64,000 nt of DNA from Centroscyllium fabricii (taxonomy: Eukaryota), in contig JBNRSN020000009.1 of the NCBI GenBank assembly GCA_051313645.2, positions 44,888,001-44,952,000 of the forward strand. The letters run 5' to 3'. Position numbers and translations under genes: made by a program. The notes beneath the pieces were generated by a model. The model was given only the letters and a program-made list of their open reading frames with translations. It did no database searches and was not told the DNA's origin. Position 1 is the stretch's first letter. Each line of letters opens with the position of its first letter. Positions 46,768 to 59,555 of the stretch are shown here, in pieces.

Positions 46768-47549
46768 ATTGAGTTTAAACTTCTTCTCATCATCATCAAA
46801 TGTCTCCACAGCCTTACCCAACCCTACCTTTGCAACCTCTTCCAACCTTATGTCTCTTCTTCCACTTTACAGTCCTCTGACTTTGGCCTTCTCTGCATCC
46901 TCTCCCTTTTTGTTTTTCCCATTGGTAGTAGAGGCTTCACCACTTCAGCCCTACTCTCTGGAGCTCGCTCTCTAAACTCCTTCACCTTTCTGCTTCAAAA
47001 TAGGGAGCCCATGTCTCCCATGCTGGTGCTGCCACAAATGGTCCTCTAAATCCCAACTAGCTTGCTGTCAGAGATACAGATGGTCATAAACATGGGCACC
47101 AGCAGGCTGAGTACTCTCACTCACCTCGATACATGCCAATGGAACAGTATTGCCATTACTGGATTTTATGGATCTACCCCATTTATTGGGGAAGCTAGCG
47201 GCACTCAACAAAGTAGTGTTAGCCTCTGCTGGATAATTTAAAACAACTGTGCATGTGCAAGCTTAGGCATGCACAGCTCTTTCAAAGTAGGTCCATCTGC
47301 TACAGAAGCTACCCTGTAATTTAAGAGGTGTGGTTTCTACACCAGTGGGAGCTGGTAATGGAGAACTGGTTCACCAATGCAAATACAAAATTAAACTATA
47401 AATGAACTTGACATACACTTTCCCAGGGCTCAGTCAAGGTAGAGTAGAAAGAATGGACTCAGCTTGGAGAGGAGTGATTTGCCCACAGAACCCTGATGCT
47501 GACCTATAATTTTAAATAACCTGCCACAAAAAACCTGTTTGCAATGTCC

Positions 47550-48235
47550 CAATATCGCTGAATCCGCCACCATCAACATCCTGCAGGTCACCATTGACCA
47601 GAAACTTAACTGGACCAGCCACATAAATACTGTGGCAAGAAGAGCAGGTCAGAGGCTGGGTATTCTGTGGCGAGTGTCTCACCTCCTGACTCCCCAAAGC
47701 CTTTCCACCATCTACAAGGCACAAGTAAGGAGTGTGATGGAATACTCTCCACTTGCCTGGATGAGTGCAGCTCCAGGAACACTCAAAAAACCCGACACCA
47801 TCTAGGACAAAGCAGCCCGCTTGATTGGCATACCATCCTCCACCATAGACATTCATTCCTTCCACCACCGGCGTACCGTGGCTGCAGTGTGTTCCATCTA
47901 CAAGATGCACTGCAGCAGCTCTCCAAGGCTTCTTTGACAGCACCGCCCAATCCCACAAACTCTACCAGCTAGAAGGACAAGGGCAGAAGGTGAATGGGGA
48001 CACCATCACCTCCAAGTTCCCCTCCAAATCACACACCATCCTGACTTGGAAATATATCCTTCATCGTCGCTGGGTCAAAATCCTGGAACTCCATCCTTAA
48101 CAGCACTGTGTGAGTACCTTCACCACACGGACTGCAACGGTTCAAGAAGGCGGCTCACCGGCACCTTCTCAAGGGCAACTAGGGATGAGCAATAAATGCT
48201 GGCCTTGCCGGTGATGCCTACAGCCCATGAATGAA
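47550..48235 (+). mobile_element. CR1-like LINE (second family) 3' part
   Basis: RAGQRLGILWRV..IYKAQVRSVMEYSPLAW. Confidence 0.85.
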
Positions 48236-50962
48236 TCTAAAAAAACATGCAATTTTTTTTCCGATATTTATAAATTATTTTTCCTTCCTGACAGGTCCCG
48301 ACATCACAAACTTTTTGTATCTGAAAGATGGACTGTTTCACTTTATGCTCAACTGTTGGGAAGCATGCAGGAGTCCCTCAAGGATAAATGGCTGGTCTCT
48401 GCTCAGGAACTCCCCCCGCCCTCTCTCCCACCCCTGCCATGGTGGCATAGCTGAGATTGGGACTCGATCAATGAGGAATTGTGGCTACCAAATGACATCT
48501 ACCCATCTGCCCTGCAGCATGTTGGAATTCCAGTGTGCTTTACCACTGCGCTGCCCATATTTATTAGTGTAATCTTTCATTCGCACCCATCCAAATTGGG
48601 TTTTGAATAAGTTATTTTTGTGTGGAATGGTCAGCACATGATTATCGGGAATGGTGGGCATTTCATGCTATATCCAGATTAACCCAGTAACAAACGGGTA
48701 AATGGTTAACCCTGGGGCATGCGATACCATATTCACTACATGCATAAGATTTATGTTTCTGTTCATAACAGGCAGGGTGAGCTTATGGAAGCTGCCTTTT
48801 GTGGTGAGCATGAGTTATGAGTTGGGAAAGGGTGTGTATTGTTACACTGCCATTGTGGACTTTGTGCATTTAGAGACAGACGGGATGAGGAATTTGGGTT
48901 TATGTAGCATCCTCTGGATGGCTCATTGACACCTTTCCTCCCTTGGACTCCGAACTCTCATCTGTGACCCTCACTGCATAGCAGTGGCCTTATCCTGGAC
49001 ACCAACCTATGAATGCCCACGATATATTGATAGTAACCCTCTGACACGGTTCCCCAGGATATCTGGACCCACTTGAAGAGACCACACGGCAGGTAAGTGT
49101 TCTAAGTCGGACTTTACTCGAAAAGACAAGAAGAGGCTAAGTAGCCACTGCTTACATGGTACATGAAAACACAAAGCAAAATAACAGAGAGACAATGCTC
49201 AAACTAAACATAGCACATAAGCCAAACATACTAACAAGCAGTAGAGTGTCCATGAGTTCAAGACTAAGCACTGAGTCCTAGAGAGACAGGGTTTAAGCAC
49301 TCTAGACAACGAGTCCCCAAATGAGGTTCACTCTTTTGGTGAAAAATTAAACTTATTGTCTGTAAAATAAATAAAACTTTAAATAAAACTTTACAACTTA
49401 AATCAAAATAATGTTTTCCGGGTTGTTGATGCACTCCAGTCCCCACGGCGCCCACCGGTCGCGAAAAGCCTCAAGCGCCGAATGAGGTTCAGGTGGTGAC
49501 AGGTTTCTTTGGGAGGTGATGTACTCTGCTGCCACCTGTTTTTGGGGATGGCTAATAATACCCTCAGAGTTGCATAAAACACGGAGGGTGTGCAGTGTGT
49601 CCTCAAGCCATACAGATTTATTTTGCAGGGACTAAGTGCATGCTCAAAGTGATGCCCAGCAAATCTAGCAAATTGATGTAGCTTTGCACCTCCCAAACCA
49701 TGCATACCTAGAATCCGGGTTCGAGAAAATAAAAGTCACCCAACATTATTATGGAATATAATATAAGTGTATTAAGCGTTCACGTGAACTTTCCCAATTG
49801 GAAGTTCCACCGTATTATATTTGATTTTCTAATTTTCTAGGGTATCGCACCATTAATAAACGTACAAAAATCAGTGCACTCCTATGATAACACAGCTCCT
49901 TGTTGTAAGCTGGATACCCTGAAATATATCAATGAAGTAATGGCCCATATTTCCCGATCGCAGGCCTCCCGCAGGCAGAGGCCTGTGATCTGGAAAACTC
50001 TACGAACTTACCTGAGGGCTCCCGGGATGCACACACTTCCGATCGTGGGCCTCTCCAGACACCAAGTGTGCAGAGCCCACGTATCGCAGAGGTGCAGATA
50101 GTTCGCAGCGTCCCTGGGATCACGTGGGCTATGTTGATTCAATCACAGAAGGAAATCTCCCTTCATACATGTTGTATCTATGCTTCAATACATTCAATCA
50201 AGCATGTAGCTACATCGAATTAAATCACAGTTCAGTCAGACAGGTTCAAACTCAGTGCTCACTTTTAATCTCCAAGATGGTTTCTGCCTCATGGCTTCTG
50301 CTGATAGTTCCCACAATGCCATGCACATTACATACCGTAATACCTGGTGTAAACTCGCCTCTTATATTACCATATTACCTGGTGTAAATGCGCAATCAAT
50401 ACACGACACCCCCCTTTTCCTTGGAAAGAAACTTGCAGTTTACAAACAGTTTCTTACAATAACACTGTATAACTTGTTTGGTTTATAACCCTTTACAAAC
50501 TTGTGTCTTATAACAATAACACTGTACAACTTGTTTGGTTTATGAACCTTTCACAAACTTGTGTCTTATCACACAACTATATAATTCCATATTTATACTA
50601 TACATTTAACATCCCCCCATGTAGTTCTCGCACAGTTTATGTTGTGACATAATCAGACAATCTTAGGGGTTTTCTTTTAACCCTTTGAGGTCTGGCTGTA
50701 TTGGGTATGTCTGACATGTTGTTGTCCGTGGGTATTGCCTGTGTCACAGTGGTATGTGTCTCAGAGTCTACTATACAGTCCTCAGTCTCTTGTGCTACCT
50801 CCTGCTCATGGAGTGCCTCTTTTGGTCCATCGGTTCTGTATTTCTTCATGAATGTAGTGTTTCTTGAGTAGCATGCTCCATCTGTAGATTCTACTACTAC
50901 TTGACTCCCTGTTTTATTCAAAACTTTGTGAGGTGTGGCATTAAAAGGAGTGGTGAACCTGT

Positions 50963-51625
50963 CCTTTTGAAGATTTGAGATAATAGATTTGTAAAGGTTT
51001 GTTCTGGGTTGATCTTCATCATTTGTAGGAGATCTCTTGCCGTAAATACCTCATTTTGTAGCTGTTGTCCCAGTATCTGTTTATGGCTTTGATATTCATC
51101 CTCATCAAGCTTTCTGGAATGTTCTGCCTTCTTCAACTCCACTTGAAGAGCTAAATGAGCAGTGGTGGGTTGGTTTAGTATTTCACACAATTTATGATTT
51201 TCACAACGAGCTTCATCAAGCTGTTTCCTCAGCACCTTGATCTCAGTATGAAGTTGTACATTTTCTTCCACCAATTCATGGCAATGTTCCTGCTGTTTCT
51301 GAAGTCTCTCCATAGCATTCTTCTCTCATGCGATCAATGTTTCAGACTTCATCTGATGCATTTTATCTAACTTCCTTCTGACCTCTTCGATAGCCTTGTG
51401 CGACCGCTCTTCCTCCTGAATCCGGACCTTAGCCAATTCCAGCTCTTGCTGCATCTCTGCCTGAAGCTGTTCTTCTATTTGTTTGCGATATACAAGTAGT
51501 TTTGTTTCCCAAAAGTCCTCTTGCACATTTGCTGGATGAAGTGCTGCATATTCTTCATCAACCATTTGAAGTTTATCAACAATAGATTCTTTGTACTGTG
51601 GAATGCAGCTGGTCTGAGCTTCTAC
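50963..51625 (-). pseudogene. OFD1: Spliced, exon-permuted OFD1 cDNA fragment
   Basis: EAQTS..KLQMVDEEYA..YRKQIEEQLQAEM..KSETLIA*EKNAMERLQKQQE..QLDEARCEN..QQLQNE|VFTARDLLQMMKINP. Confidence 0.88.
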
Positions 51626-54600
51626 CACTGCTGAGACATCTGTGCCTATTTGTAAAACTTCCAGTTTAAACATTTAGTTTTATCTATTGATGGGATGTGG
51701 GTGTCACTGGCTGGCTAGGCCTGCATTTAGTACCCATCCCTAATTGCCCTTGAGAAGATGGTGGTGAGCCACCTTCTTGAACCGCTGCCGTCCATATGGT
51801 GTAGGTACACCCACAATGTTGTTAGGAAGGGAGTTCCAGGATTTTGGCCCAGCGACAGTGAAGGAGCGGCGATACAGGTCCAAGTCAGGATGGTGTGTGG
51901 CTTGGAGGGGAACTTCTGGTGGTGCTGTTCCCATGCGTCTGCTGCCCTTGTCCTTCTAAGTGGTAGAGGTCGCGGGTTTGGAAGGTGCTGTTGAAGGAGC
52001 TTTGGCGAGTTGCTGCAGTGCATCTTGTAGATGGTACACACTGCAGCCACAGTGCGCCGGTGGTGGAGGGAGTGAATGTTGAAGGTGGTGGATGGAGTGC
52101 CAATCAAGCGGCCTGCTTTATCCTGAATGGTGTTGAGCTTCTTGAGTGTTGTTGGAGCTGCACTCATCCAGGCAAGTGGAGAGTATTCCATCACACTCCT
52201 GACTTGTGCCTTGTAGATGGTGGAAAGGCTTTGGGGAGTCAGGAGGTGAGACACTCGCCGCAGAATTCCCAGCCTCTGGCCTGCTCTTGTGGCCACAGTA
52301 TTTATATGGCTGGTCCAGTTCAGTTTCCGATCAATGGTAACCCCCAGGATGTTGATAGTGGGGGATTTGATGCACGATCAATTATACTCAAAGACTGGTT
52401 GAGGTTCAACTTAGGCTTTTATTAGCAGTGATCAGAGCCAGGCTCCTTCCACAGTCGAGTCCAGGGGGAAAATGGAGAAAGCCCAGCAGCCGCTGGCTTT
52501 ATACTCTGAATGTGGGTGGAGCCAGCACTGACCGAGTCCTCCGAGAACCAAGGTTTACACACAGTGGTGGCGAATAGTATTGCAGGTAAATATGTACAAA
52601 CAGTGAACAAACAGTGAACAACAAGGCAAACTATTTACACAGTGGATACGTGGTGGTAAACCGTATTGTGGTTTACCATTCACCCCTCCTTAGGATGTGT
52701 TTCCGGCGGGGTCAAAGATTAAGTCTGTCGGGGGGTCTGATGGTCCTGTGCGAGCGGCATAGTTCCGGTTGCGGCGCGGGATCTCCAGGCGGGGTGGTCT
52801 GCGTCGTCGGTGGCGTGGCCGGAGTCATCGGAGAGTTGTGCATCAGCTGGTCCCGGCTCGCAAGCGTACCGTCTACAGGGGCTAGAGAAAAGGAGGGTAA
52901 CAGCGGTTCATCGAGAGATACGGTGGGAGGGTTGGAGATAAGGTGTTGGGGGTGGAAGATTGGTGGTGGGGAGATGGGAAAAGGTGGAGGGGGTTGGTGG
53001 TGGAGAGGTCACCCGGGGGTGCCAGATCCCTGATAGAGACTGTGTCCTCCCGCCCATCGGGGAACGCCACATAGGCATACTGGGGGTTGGCGTGGAGGAG
53101 CTGAACCCTCTCGACCAGGGGATCCGTCTTATGGCCCCTCACGTGCTTCCGGAGTAGGACTGGTCCTGGGGACGTCAGCCACGATGGTAGCGAGGTCCCC
53201 GAGGTGGATTTCCTAGGAAAGGCAAACATGCGCTCGTGAGGGGTGGCGTTAGTCGCAGTGCAGAGCAGCGACCTAATGGAGTAGAGCGCGTCAGGGAGGA
53301 CCGCCTGCCAGCGGGAGACCAGGAGATCCCTAGACCGCAGGGCCAGGAGGGTAGCCTTCCAGACTGTCCCATTCTCCCATTCCACCTGGCCATTCCCTCG
53401 GGGGTTATAGCTGGTCGTCCTGCTCGTAGCCACTCCTTTCGCGAGCAGGTACTGGCGCAGCTTATCACTCATAAATGAAGAGCCCCGATCACTGTGAATG
53501 TAGCTGGGGAGGCCAAAAATGGCAAAGATGCTGTGCAGGACCTTGATGACCGTGGCAGCGGTCATGTCTGGGCAGGGGATGGCGAAGGGGAAACGTGAGT
53601 ATTCGTCAATGACTGTCAGAATATACACTTTCCGGTCCGAGGAGGGGAGGGGCCCTTTGAAGTCGACGCTGAGGCGCTCAAAGTGGCGGGTGGCCTTAAC
53701 TAGTGTAGCTCTGTCCGGCCTGTAGAAGTGCGGTTTACACTCCGCGCAGATGGAGCAACTCTGGGTGACTGCCCGGACCTCAGCGACCGAGTAGGGCAGA
53801 TTGCGGGCTTTTACAAAATGGAAGAAGCGGGTGACTCCCGGGTGATAGAGCTTATTGTGGAGGGATTTCAATCTATCCCCTTGTGCGCTGGCACAGGTCC
53901 CGCGGGATAGCGCGTCTGGGGGCTTGTTGAGTTTACCGGGCCGGTATAAGATATCATAATTGTAGGTGGACAGCTCAATTCTCCACCTCAGGATCTTGTC
54001 ATTTTTGATCTTGCCCCGCTGTTTATTGTTAAACATGAAGGCCACTGAACGCTGGTCAGTGAGCAAGGTGAATCTCTTACTGGCCAGGTAATGTCTCCAG
54101 TGCCGCACCGCCTCCACAATGGCCTGGGCTTCTTTCTCCACCGAGGAGTGCCTGATCTCCGGGCCTTGGAGGGTGCGGGAGAAGAAGGCCACATGTCGCC
54201 CTGCCTGATTGAGGGGGGCGGCAAAAGCGAAGTCGGAGGCATCGCTTTCTACCTGGAACGGGGTAGATTCGTCCACGGCGTGCATGGTCGCTTTAGCGAT
54301 GTCTGATTTGATGCTCTCGAAAGCCACTCGGGCTTCTGCCGCTCGGGGGAAAGAGGTGGATTTAATGAGGGGGCGTGCCTTGTCCGCATAGCGAGGGACC
54401 CACTGGGCGTAATAGGAGAAAAAGCCCAGGCACCTTTTCAGGGCCTTGAGGCTGTGGGGGAGGGGAAGCTCCATGAGGGGGCGCATGCATTCGGGGTCTG
54501 GACTTAAGACCCCATTTTCCATGACACAGCCCAGAATGGCAAGGCGGGTGGTGTGGAAAACGCATTTCTCCTTATTGTATGTGAGATTAAGGAGCTGAGT

Positions 54601-54690
54601 TGTTTGGAGAAATTTCGCCAGGTTAGCGTCGTGGTCCTGCATGTCGTGGCCGCAGATGGTCACATTATCTAGATAAGGGAAGGTAGCCCG

Positions 54691-57600
54691 TGACGTATCG
54701 TCAATATCTCCGATTAAAAGAGTCGATGAGTAGTTACCGTAACTAAAGGCTTTTAATCGCTAAGTTTGGAGCTACCCTCCGGAACGAACTTCTGTACAGG
54801 AATGAGGAGCCTCGGTCAGTTTCCACCTATAAAGGGCCTCACCTGGGGGAGGAGTTAGAGGTGTGGCTGGCCTGGCTCCCGACAGTATTACACAGGTTAC
54901 AGGGCTGTGCCCAACAGTATTACACAGGTTACAGGGCTGTGCCTTACATCCGCACAGCCCATTATTGGCACAATAATACAGTGGTAACAATTACATAATA
55001 TGGTTACCACATTCACCCCTTCTTGAAAATTTTAAGTCCGGGGGGTGGGTGAATGGGCCGAACAATTAACGATCAGTCTGTCCGGCGGTCGTGTCTGCCT
55101 GGAGGACCGCCGGCGTTCCGGTGGTGGTGGTGTTGCCTCCTGGTCCGTACCACTCGCGTCTGCCGGTGGTGACCGCTGATCAGGTGCCGTGGCTTCTGGT
55201 GGCGATGGATCCAGCTGGTCCACGCCGTCCGGGTGGTGGTTTTGTACTGGCCACTGCTGGGGCTCTGGGAAGCTCGGGGGCCATCGTGTGCCTGGTGGGT
55301 TCTCTGGATACAGTGGCTGAGCGGCCTGCTGGCCGACCAGGGGCTCTGCGGTGGTGCTTCCTGCGGGAGCCAGGTCCCTGATGGACACGGTGTCCTCGCG
55401 CCCGTCCGGGAACTGCACGAATGCGTAATGTGGGTTTGCGTGTAGGAGCTGCACCTTGTCCACCAGGGGGTCGGTCTTGTGGCTCCTGACATGTCTCCTA
55501 AGGAAGACCGGCCCCGGCGTCGTCAGCCATGGAGGGAGAGCTGTCCCCGAAGTCGATTTCCTGGGGAAGGAGAAAATCAGATCGTGCGGGGTGGAGTTAG
55601 TAGCTGTACATAAGAGAGAGCGTATAGAGTGCAGCGCGTCTGGGAGGACTGCCTGCCAATGGGACACTGGAAGGCCTCTGGACTTCAGAGCCAGGGTGAC
55701 CGCCTTCCAGATGATCCCATTCTCCCTTTCTACCTGGCCGTTCCCCCGGGGGTTGTAACTGGTCGTTCTGCTCGTGGCAACCCCTTTCTGGAGCAGAAAC
55801 TGACGCAGTTCATCGCTCATGAACGATGACCCCCGGTCGCTATGGATGTAGATGGGGAGACCGAAGATGGCGAACAGCGTGGTGAAGTGTTTTATCACCG
55901 TTGCGCTCGTCATATCTGCGCAGGGGAAGGCGAAGGGGAAGCGGGAGAACTCATCTACTACCGTGAGGAAGTATGAGTTGCGGTCGGTGGAAGGGAGGGG
56001 GCCTTTGAAGTCCACGCTGAGACGTTCAAAGGGGCGGGTGGCCTTAATGAGGTGCGCCGTGTCTGGCCGGAAAAAGTGGGGTTTGCACTCGGCAGAGACA
56101 AGGCACTCTCGGGTCATAGCCTTGATCTCCGTGATGGAGTAGGGGAGGCTACGGGATCTGACAAAGTGGGCGAGTCTGGTGACACCCGGGTGGCAAAGGC
56201 GGTCGTGGAGGTCCTTCAGCCGGTCGAGCTGGGCACTGGCGCACGTTCCCCTGGACAGTGCGTCCGGGGGTTCATTGAGTTTGCCTGGTCGGTAAAGAAT
56301 GTCGTACTCGTAAGTCGAGAGTTCGATCCGCCACCGCAGGATCTTATCATTCTTGATTTTACCCCGTTGTTTATTATTAAAAATAAACGCCACCGACCGT
56401 TGGTTGGTGAGCAGGGTAAAACGATTACCGGCCAGGTAATGAGGCCAGTAGCGCACGGCCTCCACGATGGCCTGGGCCTCCTTTTCCACTGCTGAGTGGC
56501 GAGTTTCGGGTCCCTGTAAGGTGCGGGAGAAAAACACTATGGGCCTGCCTGCCTGATTCAGGGTGGCAGCAAGGGCAAAGTCCGAAGCGTCACTCTCCAC
56601 CTGGAAAGGGATGGATTCATCAACAGCGAGCATGGTCGCCTTGATGATGTCTTCCTTTATCCTTGCGAATGCCGTTTGGGCTTCTACAGAAAGGGGGAAG
56701 ACGGCAGCTTTGAGGAGTGGTCTAGCCTTATCTGCGAACTGTGGGACCCATTGTGCATAATAGGAGAAAAATCCTAGGCATCTCCTCAAGGCTTTGGGAT
56801 TGTGAGGTAGGGGCAGTTCTTGCAGGGGTCGCATACGCTGTGGGTCGGGGCTGAGGACCCCGTTCTCCACCACGTATCCGAGGATGGCGAGCCGATCTGT
56901 ATTAAAGACACATTTGTCTTTGTTATACGTGAGGTCCAGCTTAGCCGCCGTGTCGAGAAATCTGGCCAGATTGGCATCGTGGTCCTGCTGGTCGTGGCCG
57001 CAGATGGTCACGTTGTCCAGGTAGGGGAAGGTGGCCTGCAACTCATTTTGGTCAACCATACGGTCCATCTCCCGCTGGAACACTGACACTCCATTGGTCA
57101 TGCCAAAGGGGACCCGGAGGAAGTGGTAGAGCCGACCGTTCGCCTCGAAGGCGGTGTAGGGGCGGTCGGCTTTCCGGATCGGGAGCTGATGATACGCCGA
57201 TTTAAGGTCGATCGTAGAGAACACCTTGTACTGGGCGATCTGATTGACCATGTCTGAGATGCGGGGAAGGGGGTAGGCGTCGAGCCCGGTGTAGCGGTTG
57301 ATAGTCTGGCTGTAATCGATCACCAGCCGTTGTTTCTCGCCAGACTTCACCACTACAACTTGGGCACGCCAGGGGCTGGTGCTGGCTTCAATTATCCCCT
57401 CCTTCAGCATCCGCCCGACCTCCGACCTGATAAACGTGCGATCCCCCGCACTGTACCGCCGACTCTTAGTGGCAATGGGTTTGCACTTGGGATCGAGGTT
57501 GGCGAACAGCGAGGGGGGGTCGATTTTCAGGGTAGAGAGGCCGCAGGCCGGGCTCCGCTTTGGGAAGAGATTGTCCCGGCTACTGACGGTGAGGGGGAGC

Positions 57601-59555
57601 AAGGTCCCGCCGAACTCCATTGTCACGCTCTTGAGGTGGCACTGGAAATCCAAACCTAATAAGGCTGGGGCACACAACTGCTGGAGGGTATACAATTTAA
57701 AATTATGGTACACGCACCCCTTGACTGTGAGCGTGATGGAGCAGTAGCCGGTGATGTCCGCGGTGTGGGACTGTGAAGCTAGGGAGACTTGGTAGTTAGT
57801 GGGCAGGACCTGCAGTCCGCAGCGCTGCACTGTATCGGGGTGTACAAAGCTCTCAGTGCTTCCAGTGTCAAACAGGCAGTTAACAGTATAGCCGTTAATC
57901 TTAATGGGCATAATAGAGTTGGACAGGGTATGTGGCCTGTCCTGGTTCACTCTGAGTCTGGCTGCTGCAGCCGTGCGTTTTCGTGTGTGTGGGCCCCCTG
58001 CTGGTCGGGGCTGTACACAAGATGGCGGCGCCCCTGGCTCGCACATGGTGGGGCCCTGGATACAAAATGGCGGCGCCCCTGGCTCACACATGGTGGGGCC
58101 CTGGATACAAAATGGCGGCACCGAGGGGTCGCACATGGTGGGCCGCTGTGAGCGTGCTGGCGGCGCCCGTGATTCGCACGCAGCGGACCACGGTGACTGG
58201 GTTGGCGGTGCCCGTGATTCGCACGCAGCGAGCCGCGGTGGTCGGGTTGGCGGTGCCCGTGGTTCGCACGCAGCCGGCCGCGTTGGGGGGTCGCGCTTGG
58301 CCGGCCTTTGCTGCATCGGGGTGGGAGATGGGGGCACTTGTTTTCTACCCCCGGACCGTCGCTGGATCGCGCTGCTATTGCAGCTTACCTGGTGTCTGTC
58401 GGTGCTCTCACAGGCTGCACTGTTGTACCTTGAGCTGGGCGCTGCTGGAGCTGATCTGCAGGCTTTAGCATAGTGTCCTTTCTTGGCGCACCTCTCACAC
58501 GTCGCTGTCCTGGCTGGGCATCTCGCTCTTGGGTGCAGTCCCTGGTTACAGAAGTAGCAGCGCTTATCTTTAGTGGCTGTCGCAGCCATCGTGGGGGTCT
58601 CGACCCGTTGTGGTGCTGCCCAGGCCTGGGTTCGTTGTGGCGCGGCCCATATGTCGTAGGCGTGCGGGTTAGTGCCGCTGTATGCCTCTAATTTGTTTCG
58701 GGCCCCCTCTACTGAGTTGGATATCTTAATCGCATCCTCGAGGGACAGAGTGTCTTTCTCCAGCAGCCGCTGGCGGGCTTCCACACATCTAAGTCCAGTA
58801 ACATAAGCGTCACGAACGAGGAGGTTCGCCTCCTCTTCAGCCGTTATTGCTTGGCAGCCACAGACCCGTACCAGGGCCTGGAGTGCTTGCTCGAACTGCT
58901 CGTTAGTCTCACCCGGTAGCTGAGATCTGGTTGCAAGCACATGTCTGGCGTAGACCGAATGTACCGGGCGCTCGTAGCACTTCCTTAGCTTCTCCACGGC
59001 CACTGGGTAGGTTGCGGCGTTTCTGATGAGGGAGAATACCCTGCTGGAGATCCTCGACCGGAGGACCTGCAATTTGTTCCTGTCTGTTGTAGCCTTGGCG
59101 GCGTCCATGTAGGCCTCCAGGAGGCCGAACCAGTGTTCGAACGTGGTAGCAGCGGCAGGGTCCTGGGGACTGATGTCCAGCTTCTCTGGTTTAACTGCGC
59201 TGCTCTCCATTTTAAAATACTTAGCGATTAAAATTGACGTATCGTCAATATCTCCGATTAAAAGAGTCGACGAGTAGTTACCGTAACTAAAGGCTTATAA
59301 TCGCTATGTTTGGAGCTACCCTCCGGAACGAACTTCTGTACAGGAATGAGGAGCCTCGGTCAGTTTCCACCTATAAAGGGCCTCACCTGGGGGAGGAGTT
59401 AGAGGTGTGGCTGACCTGGCTCCCGACAGTATTACACAGGTTACAGCGCTGTGCCCAACAGTATTACACAGGTTACAGGGCTGTGCCTTACATCCGCACA
59501 GCCCATTATTGGCACAATAATACAGTGGTAACAATTACATAATATGGTTACCACA
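54691..59555 (-). mobile_element. Gypsy element C, full length, inserted in the RT of element B
   Basis: LTRs 54691-55011 and 59235-59555; TSD GCCCG. Confidence 0.96.
55032..59210 (-). CDS. Gag-Pol polyprotein of element C, 1392 aa, intact
   Basis: CCHC knuckles, LFDTGS, FPYLDNV, integrase DDE. Confidence 0.93.
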   Translation of the reverse strand: MESSAVKPEKLDISPQDPAAATTFEHWFGLLEAYMDAAKATTDRNKLQVLRSRISSRVFSLIRNAATYPVAVEKLRKCYERPVHSVYARHVLATRSQLPGETNEQFEQALQALVRVCGCQAITAEEEANLLVRDAYVTGLRCVEARQRLLEKDTLSLEDAIKISNSVEGARNKLEAYSGTNPHAYDIWAAPQRTQAWAAPQRVETPTMAATATKDKRCYFCNQGLHPRARCPARTATCERCAKKGHYAKACRSAPAAPSSRYNSAACESTDRHQVSCNSSAIQRRSGGRKQVPPSPTPMQQRPAKRDPPTRPAACEPRAPPTRPPRLAACESRAPPTQSPWSAACESRAPPARSQRPTMCDPSVPPFCIQGPTMCEPGAPPFCIQGPTMCEPGAPPSCVQPRPAGGPHTRKRTAAAARLRVNQDRPHTLSNSIMPIKINGYTVNCLFDTGSTESFVHPDTVQRCGLQVLPTNYQVSLASQSHTADITGYCSITLTVKGCVYHNFKLYTLQQLCAPALLGLDFQCHLKSVTMEFGGTLLPLTVSSRDNLFPKRSPACGLSTLKIDPPSLFANLDPKCKPIATKSRRYSAGDRTFIRSEVGRMLKEGIIEASTSPWRAQVVVVKSGEKQRLVIDYSQTINRYTGLDAYPLPRISDMVNQIAQYKVFSTIDLKSAYHQLPIRKADRPYTAFEANGRLYHFLRVPFGMTNGVSVFQREMDRMVDQNELQATFPYLDNVTICGHDQQDHDANLARFLDTAAKLDLTYNKDKCVFNTDRLAILGYVVENGVLSPDPQRMRPLQELPLPHNPKALRRCLGFFSYYAQWVPQFADKARPLLKAAVFPLSVEAQTAFARIKEDIIKATMLAVDESIPFQVESDASDFALAATLNQAGRPIVFFSRTLQGPETRHSAVEKEAQAIVEAVRYWPHYLAGNRFTLLTNQRSVAFIFNNKQRGKIKNDKILRWRIELSTYEYDILYRPGKLNEPPDALSRGTCASAQLDRLKDLHDRLCHPGVTRLAHFVRSRSLPYSITEIKAMTRECLVSAECKPHFFRPDTAHLIKATRPFERLSVDFKGPLPSTDRNSYFLTVVDEFSRFPFAFPCADMTSATVIKHFTTLFAIFGLPIYIHSDRGSSFMSDELRQFLLQKGVATSRTTSYNPRGNGQVERENGIIWKAVTLALKSRGLPVSHWQAVLPDALHSIRSLLCTATNSTPHDLIFSFPRKSTSGTALPPWLTTPGPVFLRRHVRSHKTDPLVDKVQLLHANPHYAFVQFPDGREDTVSIRDLAPAGSTTAEPLVGQQAAQPLYPENPPGTRWPPSFPEPQQWPVQNHHPDGVDQLDPSPPEATAPDQRSPPADASGTDQEATPPPPERRRSSRQTRPPDRLIVNCSAHSPTPRT

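Larger units (their letters stand above)
43740..46980 (+). mobile_element. Ancient L2 LINE fragments interleaved with younger insertions
   Basis: Degenerate AFD.V, SILGP.LF and HIYTDDT motifs. Confidence 0.6.

Noticed and set aside
57330-58691. Many antisense ORFs within the Gypsy elements
   Set aside because: Expected shadow ORFs of GC-rich coding sequence
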